Shown here piece by piece: positions 59,401 through 64,000 of a stretch of 64,000 nt of DNA. Source of the DNA: a virus; IMG/VR virus record IMGVR_UViG_3300020731_000774, positions 1-64,000 of that record; one strand, 5' to 3'. How positions within the stretch are numbered: the first letter of the stretch is position 1; the number at the start of each line of letters is the position of its first letter. Under the pieces are notes generated by a model, which saw only the letters and a list, made by a program, of their open reading frames with translations, was not told the DNA's origin and ran no database searches. The position numbers and the translations under genes were made by a program.

Positions 59401-62214
59401 TATGTAAATATCACCATTTGTTGATATTGACATATCATATGCTATATTTGTAAGTGATATATTATCAATTATAACATTTATTAATGGATCTATTACCCAA
59501 ATATTTGTTTTTGATAAACAGTATAGATAATTATTATAATTATTGAACTGTATTTTCAAACTATCTATATTATTTGGTAAATCAATATAAGATTTATATG
59601 TAAAATTAATTGCATCTAATATTACTAAATTTTCACCAAGTATGTATATTGAATCTGATAGTTGGATATATACTAAATCAACCATATTTATTGATCCTTG
59701 TATATTATTTAAGTCTATATTAGTATTTTGATAAGTTGATGAATTTAAAAACATTGAGAAAGCAGTGTTATCAAATTGATTTAGATCAAATGGGCTTGAA
59801 CCACTTCCTGATACTATAGGTGCACAGGCGGTTTGACCAAATCCAGTATTGAAGGCTAGTGTTACATATGGTGATGTGTTACAAAGTGAACTTGTTGAGC
59901 CCCAAAATGGTCCTTGATAGCTTAAGTTAAGGGTATTTTGATCTAAATATTGTATTGTGTATTCTTGATTATCATATGGGTATAATGTGTTATTCAATGA
60001 GAAAACCATACCTGTTGCAAAACCAGCATCTTCAAATGATGCTGTTGCTGTGCTCGGTAATACAACTTCATTTGATGATATTAAAGTACCAATTGATCCC
60101 GGTAGTTTATTTGTGATTATATAATCATCTAAACCAGGTATATTTAATTTTCCATTTTGTATTGTGTATTCAAATATTATATCGGTTCTAGTTATATCAA
60201 ACTTTAAAAGATTGTTTATACTAGTAGGTATAAGTCCAAATGTTGTTAAGTATTCACCATAAGTATTTACCCAAGCTTCTAATGTAGCTGGTATATCAGC
60301 CATTTTATATGATGCAGTTCCTGATTGTGTTGCAAATATAGTTGATTGTTGATAATCTTTATTATTTATTATTATATTTATATAACTACCTATAGAATTG
60401 GGGTTAGTAAATAATATTCTAGAATGTTCAATGTGGAAACTCGCAACAGATCCAACTTCAACACTATTTAATAACATTGGTACATTTGGGTATTGTGATT
60501 TAATAATAATAGAATTGAAATATAATGATGATGAGTTTCCAATATAGTCAAGTTCAGCATTTATACCTAATAAATTTAATTGTATATAATATCTATCCAA
60601 CCAATTTCTGATGGTTCTATCAATGGTTCTTTCCATATCAATAAACTCCCCACTAAATATGAAATCAACCTCTTCTTGATATACTTCTTTGTTTAATGTT
60701 ATTTTTATACCAAAATCATCTAATTCATCAAATACAATATTGTATTTAAAATTTTCACTTAAGTTATAATTTAATTCAGAAGTTAATTCTTCTGATACTT
60801 CAATTAATCGCTCATTTGTTTTATATATTTGTCCAATTGATTGTGTTAAACTATTTGCGTAAAAATTAACCTCAGCATAATTACTTGGATATATTAAATC
60901 AGCTTTTAGTGCACCATCTTTATAATATAAATCTATATTAAATGAACTAAAATCCGAACTAAATAATTCTGCTGCTGATGCTAATGTTATTACTGAGCTT
61001 TGTGTATATCCATAATTGAAATATAGTATATTTGATGTTAAATATGCTTGTGAGTTTAATAGTGTCTCATTATATGTAATTTGATCCACTATTACATAAT
61101 TTGAAGGTTTCCAATAGTATGTATTATATGGATTAACATTCAGTGTATTAATATCTGCATAGCTTTGTGTATAAGCTAATACACATTCAAATATTTTATT
61201 ATCATATAATACTTGTGATTGTGTTGCGTAAAAAGTTTTTTGTGTGTTTGATATAAATGATTGAATATCAGATACCATTAGGAAATTAGTATTTAAAGTA
61301 GATCCAACAATTTTAAATTCAGTGCCTGGTTTTATTATATCAGGTAATCCTTTTTGGAATATTATTCTATTATCATCGGTTATTGTGATTGCTCCATTAT
61401 ATATGTTTGGTAGATCTGTTTTACTTTTATACTCTATTATTAAATCTTGATTATCAGGTAGATTATTTACATAGTATTCATAATTAACACTATCTGTTAA
61501 TTCGAAGTCAGTAACAGTTACAACACTGTCATTACTTTTACTATTTACTATATTCAATTTTTTACCATTGTAAAATTTATCATAGAAATTTGGCTCAGAC
61601 CAATAAGATAAATTGTTATTATAATTAGAATCTATATAATCATAAACACCGATTGCATTTATTCCTGTTAAATATAACAATGGGGTATTGTTGTTTATAT
61701 AATTTGATTTATTTGTATAATCTGTATAATAATTTGTTTCAAATGATGCATTGTCAATATCACTAATGATCATTATTGCTCCTTTTTTATTAGCAACAAC
61801 CGTATATGCTTTGTTACTATTGGTAAATTCCAAAAATGAATTATTGAATTTAACAACTGAACCAATTGGAAATAGTGTATCAAAATTATCCCCATATATC
61901 CATTTTGAGTGGAAGTCTGGATCATTATTAACTGGCTCAATCATTGTGATTGGGTATGGATTCTGTGTCCCACTATAGAAATGGAAACCATACTCATTGA
62001 ATAGTTGGAATTTATTTAAAGATAATACACCCGGATCTTCAAATTCAAATGAAGGAATTCTTTCCATTGTGTATATTCCATATGTTTTATATGTATCTGA
62101 TGAATTTTCATCAAAAAGGATATCTCCTTCAAATCTATCAGTTGTATCATTATAGTTGAAGTTTAGTGAATCTCCTTGGCTATTGAAGAAAATTAGATTT
62201 TTATGATTAGACAT
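56425..62214 (-). CDS. Large baseplate/receptor-binding structural protein with beta-propeller and CBM-like repeats
   Basis: 1929 aa; YVTN-like repeats; W.P...Y..GD.I.Y.G..Y modules; YIGAYKSIINAINFFGY. Confidence 0.6.
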   Translation of the reverse strand: MSNHKNLIFFNSQGDSLNFNYNDTTDRFEGDILFDENSSDTYKTYGIYTMERIPSFEFEDPGVLSLNKFQLFNEYGFHFYSGTQNPYPITMIEPVNNDPDFHSKWIYGDNFDTLFPIGSVVKFNNSFLEFTNSNKAYTVVANKKGAIMIISDIDNASFETNYYTDYTNKSNYINNNTPLLYLTGINAIGVYDYIDSNYNNNLSYWSEPNFYDKFYNGKKLNIVNSKSNDSVVTVTDFELTDSVNYEYYVNNLPDNQDLIIEYKSKTDLPNIYNGAITITDDNRIIFQKGLPDIIKPGTEFKIVGSTLNTNFLMVSDIQSFISNTQKTFYATQSQVLYDNKIFECVLAYTQSYADINTLNVNPYNTYYWKPSNYVIVDQITYNETLLNSQAYLTSNILYFNYGYTQSSVITLASAAELFSSDFSSFNIDLYYKDGALKADLIYPSNYAEVNFYANSLTQSIGQIYKTNERLIEVSEELTSELNYNLSENFKYNIVFDELDDFGIKITLNKEVYQEEVDFIFSGEFIDMERTIDRTIRNWLDRYYIQLNLLGINAELDYIGNSSSLYFNSIIIKSQYPNVPMLLNSVEVGSVASFHIEHSRILFTNPNSIGSYINIIINNKDYQQSTIFATQSGTASYKMADIPATLEAWVNTYGEYLTTFGLIPTSINNLLKFDITRTDIIFEYTIQNGKLNIPGLDDYIITNKLPGSIGTLISSNEVVLPSTATASFEDAGFATGMVFSLNNTLYPYDNQEYTIQYLDQNTLNLSYQGPFWGSTSSLCNTSPYVTLAFNTGFGQTACAPIVSGSGSSPFDLNQFDNTAFSMFLNSSTYQNTNIDLNNIQGSINMVDLVYIQLSDSIYILGENLVILDAINFTYKSYIDLPNNIDSLKIQFNNYNNYLYCLSKTNIWVIDPLINVIIDNISLTNIAYDMSISTNGDIYITYENSPTISIYDHTNTLVVTITTPSSTDTKTGKLTYNTKSETTFITTDSGDILVINLNRTIHQTYNIPNLKIDFIFYEPINDTIYIYDNSYLYKINDNTISQIDNISPTPFTDMLYNNLTGEVNISDENSFKSFDLNNNLNLSENIDAYGYITLNQYDGMVYLTSQTTNSILTINPSNGWNIETTHFSAISTKIIYNPARNSVCAIQPSINNVVEITTTIETNITTTTTNSISIEDQNYGTLHSEYTPHEDIWLKSREYLRRPRENYINDTQVQFYWKWIDDQTPDFFLYDMSGDQLQTIGSYSYTGPKPLLDVGLNKYPNSDITKVSIPQYQQTIFNTITQNLDYINDSENIYNEPEAMQLFIGFRSEDEGPKQSILQLYKKETIEFDITSTSTNNTILTFSTEVDSTGLTYGQIKINNMSDEMFTNKGLKQEQTIVLYIKDVSNINNQYTSHNNGSLFKIRDIYTNTLVLDFFNISTDYIYPETSIIQDYPTVGKTTYLKTTFQIIDREIGRFNTYAQTEIEDFRYKIQLNNIGKNIGPSEVFIFKDYDILEGGIDWNFLNIKRKEMLMNKNLIYPYIGAYKSIINAINFFGYNDLELNEYYRNINPQSKDFSKLFKVEIPDIFDNTVQGWSTDGDFLKHTYPNANFEETNLLNLTYDITDKSGNNILLYSIDDVTIKLQGLKYWLSKNIIPLTHKILDITGKTYFKGGNQITHKMHDVRIFNINENMTPITGKLNEAYLMPVNTGSTVYNCVIDFYSIIDGVGADKNPTGLTTPPKPLNGVELKLPDYFNIKIRTYKTYKEWTPFTSYQKGDKIIYYGYLYESTINNNRTNNPQKYDSVSPWSSNITYTPTSLAEYSNRIYVYSGLGSTASINPPVLDQGDNANWLDITEWSKINYEPVQTIDEYRRITTTYSIGVTQSTTLLNQIPPYNFTIDSNLDPFITIEITSDNGYGSIYNDKKNYEIRGIKDLTDKVIPIEQIGPFVPITII

Positions 62215-62301
62215 TTAATATAAATACTTTTTGTTATATATTAAAAAACCATTTCTTGGTATTTAAAAATAATATATAGTATATAAAAAAAGAATTATTA
62301 T

Positions 62302-62751
62302 ATGTATATTAAAAGATTTAATGAAACTAAATCTAAAGAAGATGAGGTTACAAGTGTTGATATTAAATCATTTGAGGATGATAAAGATGTTATTGGTTTT
62401 GTAAGAAATAATGATGAATTAACAGATGCTGCCGAGAAAAAACTTAAAAAGGAAATTCAAAATGATGGTGGTACACCTGGTTTGAAAACTGCTATTAAAA
62501 AATTTGAAGATTTTTCAGTTAAGATAACAATTGATGAAGATGGTGAAGCTTCAGTTGAAACAGGAGAAGGTGATAATTGTGCTGAAGAATGTTGTCAAGA
62601 GTGTGGTTGTGAACCTTGTGAATGTCAAGGTGATTTAGAGCCTAGTGTTGTTTGTGATGCTTGTAATTGTGAACCATGTGAATGTGAACAAGAAGTAGTT
62701 CCTAATAATAATGTTGTTCCATTTGCTGATTTTTTAAAAGGGATTTTATAA
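62302..62751 (+). CDS. Acidic protein with Cys-rich repeats
   Basis: CQECGCEPCEC and CDACNCEPCEC; MYIKRFNE N-terminus. Confidence 0.6.
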   Translation: MYIKRFNETKSKEDEVTSVDIKSFEDDKDVIGFVRNNDELTDAAEKKLKKEIQNDGGTPGLKTAIKKFEDFSVKITIDEDGEASVETGEGDNCAEECCQECGCEPCECQGDLEPSVVCDACNCEPCECEQEVVPNNNVVPFADFLKGIL

Positions 62752-62752
62752 T

Positions 62753-63325
62753 ATGAAACATTTGGTAAATTTTGATAATTTTTCAGAAAGTTTGAAATAT
62801 CATTTGGTTAATGCTATGCCAATAACTGAAAATGTATTTAGACCAGGTTCTGATGAGTTCTTTGCTATCTTAGAAGAAGCTAGGAATTTATATGATGGTG
62901 GTTTATTAGAACTTAAAGGTATTGATAAAGAACTTTATGATACAACTGATATTGGTAAGTTTGGTATCTTTGAGGGTGCTAGAGTTGCTTTAGATATTCC
63001 AATGGAGGTTATTGAGGAATTAAATGAAGCTGAATACCATGGTAAAGAAGTTAAATTAAACCACCCAATGAGAAATAATGGTTCTGGTAAAAAGTACTAT
63101 GTGTATGTTAATGATCCAAAAACTGGTAAAGTAAAAAAGATTACATTTGGTGATGTTCATGGTGGATTAAGTGCTAAAATATCAGACCCTAAGGCTAGAA
63201 AAAGTTTTGCAGCACGACATAAATGTGATACAAAGAAAGATAAGACTACGCCAGGGTATTTTGCTTGTCGTTTAACAAAATATGGTCACTTATTTGGTGG
63301 TAAAACGTATCCTGGGTACTGGTAA
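62753..63325 (+). CDS. Putative head protein with a basic C-terminal domain
   Basis: LNEAEY.G; KKY.VYV..P.TG.VKK..FGD...ARKSFAARH.C. Confidence 0.6.
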   Translation: MKHLVNFDNFSESLKYHLVNAMPITENVFRPGSDEFFAILEEARNLYDGGLLELKGIDKELYDTTDIGKFGIFEGARVALDIPMEVIEELNEAEYHGKEVKLNHPMRNNGSGKKYYVYVNDPKTGKVKKITFGDVHGGLSAKISDPKARKSFAARHKCDTKKDKTTPGYFACRLTKYGHLFGGKTYPGYW

Positions 63326-63339
63326 AAAAAATAAGATTT

Positions 63340-63732
63340 ATGAAATATTTAAAACCATATAAGATATTTGAATCAGTTAATAGAAAGTTTATTAGTGATT
63401 TTCTACTTGACTTTGGTTTTATGATTACTATGAAGTTTTCTCAAATTACTAAGATGGGTATTGATGAAGCTGCAACCAAAGAATTGACTTCTATGATGAA
63501 GAGATTGAGAGAACCTCTTATAAATGGTAAAAAATATACTGATTTGATAGATAATGTAAATGATCTTTATAAAAGTCCTAAAATGTTATCAGCTTTGTTT
63601 GGTCAAATAAGAGAGCTATTGATTTATATTGAGCCTAGAATTAAAAAGTTTGTAGTTGAAGGTGATGGTAAGGATAATTGGTTAGAAAAAATTAAAGAAC
63701 TAAAAGAAAATTATAAAAAAATTGTATCATAA
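63340..63732 (+). CDS. Putative capsid-internal protein
   Basis: MKYLKPYKIFES. Confidence 0.55.
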   Translation: MKYLKPYKIFESVNRKFISDFLLDFGFMITMKFSQITKMGIDEAATKELTSMMKRLREPLINGKKYTDLIDNVNDLYKSPKMLSALFGQIRELLIYIEPRIKKFVVEGDGKDNWLEKIKELKENYKKIVS

Positions 63733-63852
63733 TGTTACCATTTAAAGAAATTAAAATAAGTGATAATACATTTATCAGAGAGTTTGGTCAAGATACCGAC
63801 TCTGGTGAAAATTATTTCAACAAAACACCGAGATAGAGAAGACACCTTTTAA
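63732..63852 (+). pseudogene. Short interrupted gene fragment upstream of an HNH
   Basis: MLPFKEIKISDNTFIREFGQDTDSGE..., stop at TAG; the +1 frame reads HRDREDTF*. Confidence 0.45.
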
Positions 63853-63862
63853 TATATACTTT

Positions 63863-64000
63863 ATGAATTTAGAAATAATATACAAAAGTATATGTGATCG
63901 TGGTCAAATTAGAGTATTGGATAAATCAGTATATACTGAGAAGCATCATATAATACCGGTTTGTATGGGTGGTGATAATAAAAAAAACAACCTAACAAAA
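63863..64000 (+). CDS. HNH homing endonuclease (truncated by window end)
   Basis: MNLEIIYKSICDRG...YTEKHHIIPVCMGGDN..NNL; TAATATATA at 63850-63858. Confidence 0.8.
   Translation, partial: MNLEIIYKSICDRGQIRVLDKSVYTEKHHIIPVCMGGDNKKNNLTK

Noticed and set aside
1-64000. CRISPR array, tRNA or rRNA genes, IS elements
   Set aside because: No regularly spaced repeats, cloverleafs or transposase motifs seen. Intergenic gaps are short and AT-rich.

Overview
AT-rich, gene-dense segment of a T4-like (myovirus-type) jumbo phage, probably infecting a Bacteroidota host. Host evidence: TAnnTTTG promoters, no Shine-Dalgarno motifs, and Bacteroidota-style SerA and ClpP. The window carries baseplate and tail genes, a tape-measure candidate, a GH19 endolysin, replication genes (split UvsW, primase, PolB C-terminal subunit, clamp, UvsY), host-like auxiliary genes, three tandem C5 methyltransferases and three free-standing HNH endonucleases. 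The main observation is that the gene next to each HNH is interrupted by a short structured insertion. PolB motif B has an in-frame 39-nt hairpin containing TAG. UvsW motif V has a 4-nt TGAC insertion. A small gene at the right end shows a weaker third case. In PolB and UvsW the stop sits between two GC-rich hairpins near the start of the C-terminal half of a split gene. This resembles the T4 gene 39/mobA/gene 60 ribosomal-bypass cassette, but in different genes. All calls come from reading motifs by eye; no searches were run.
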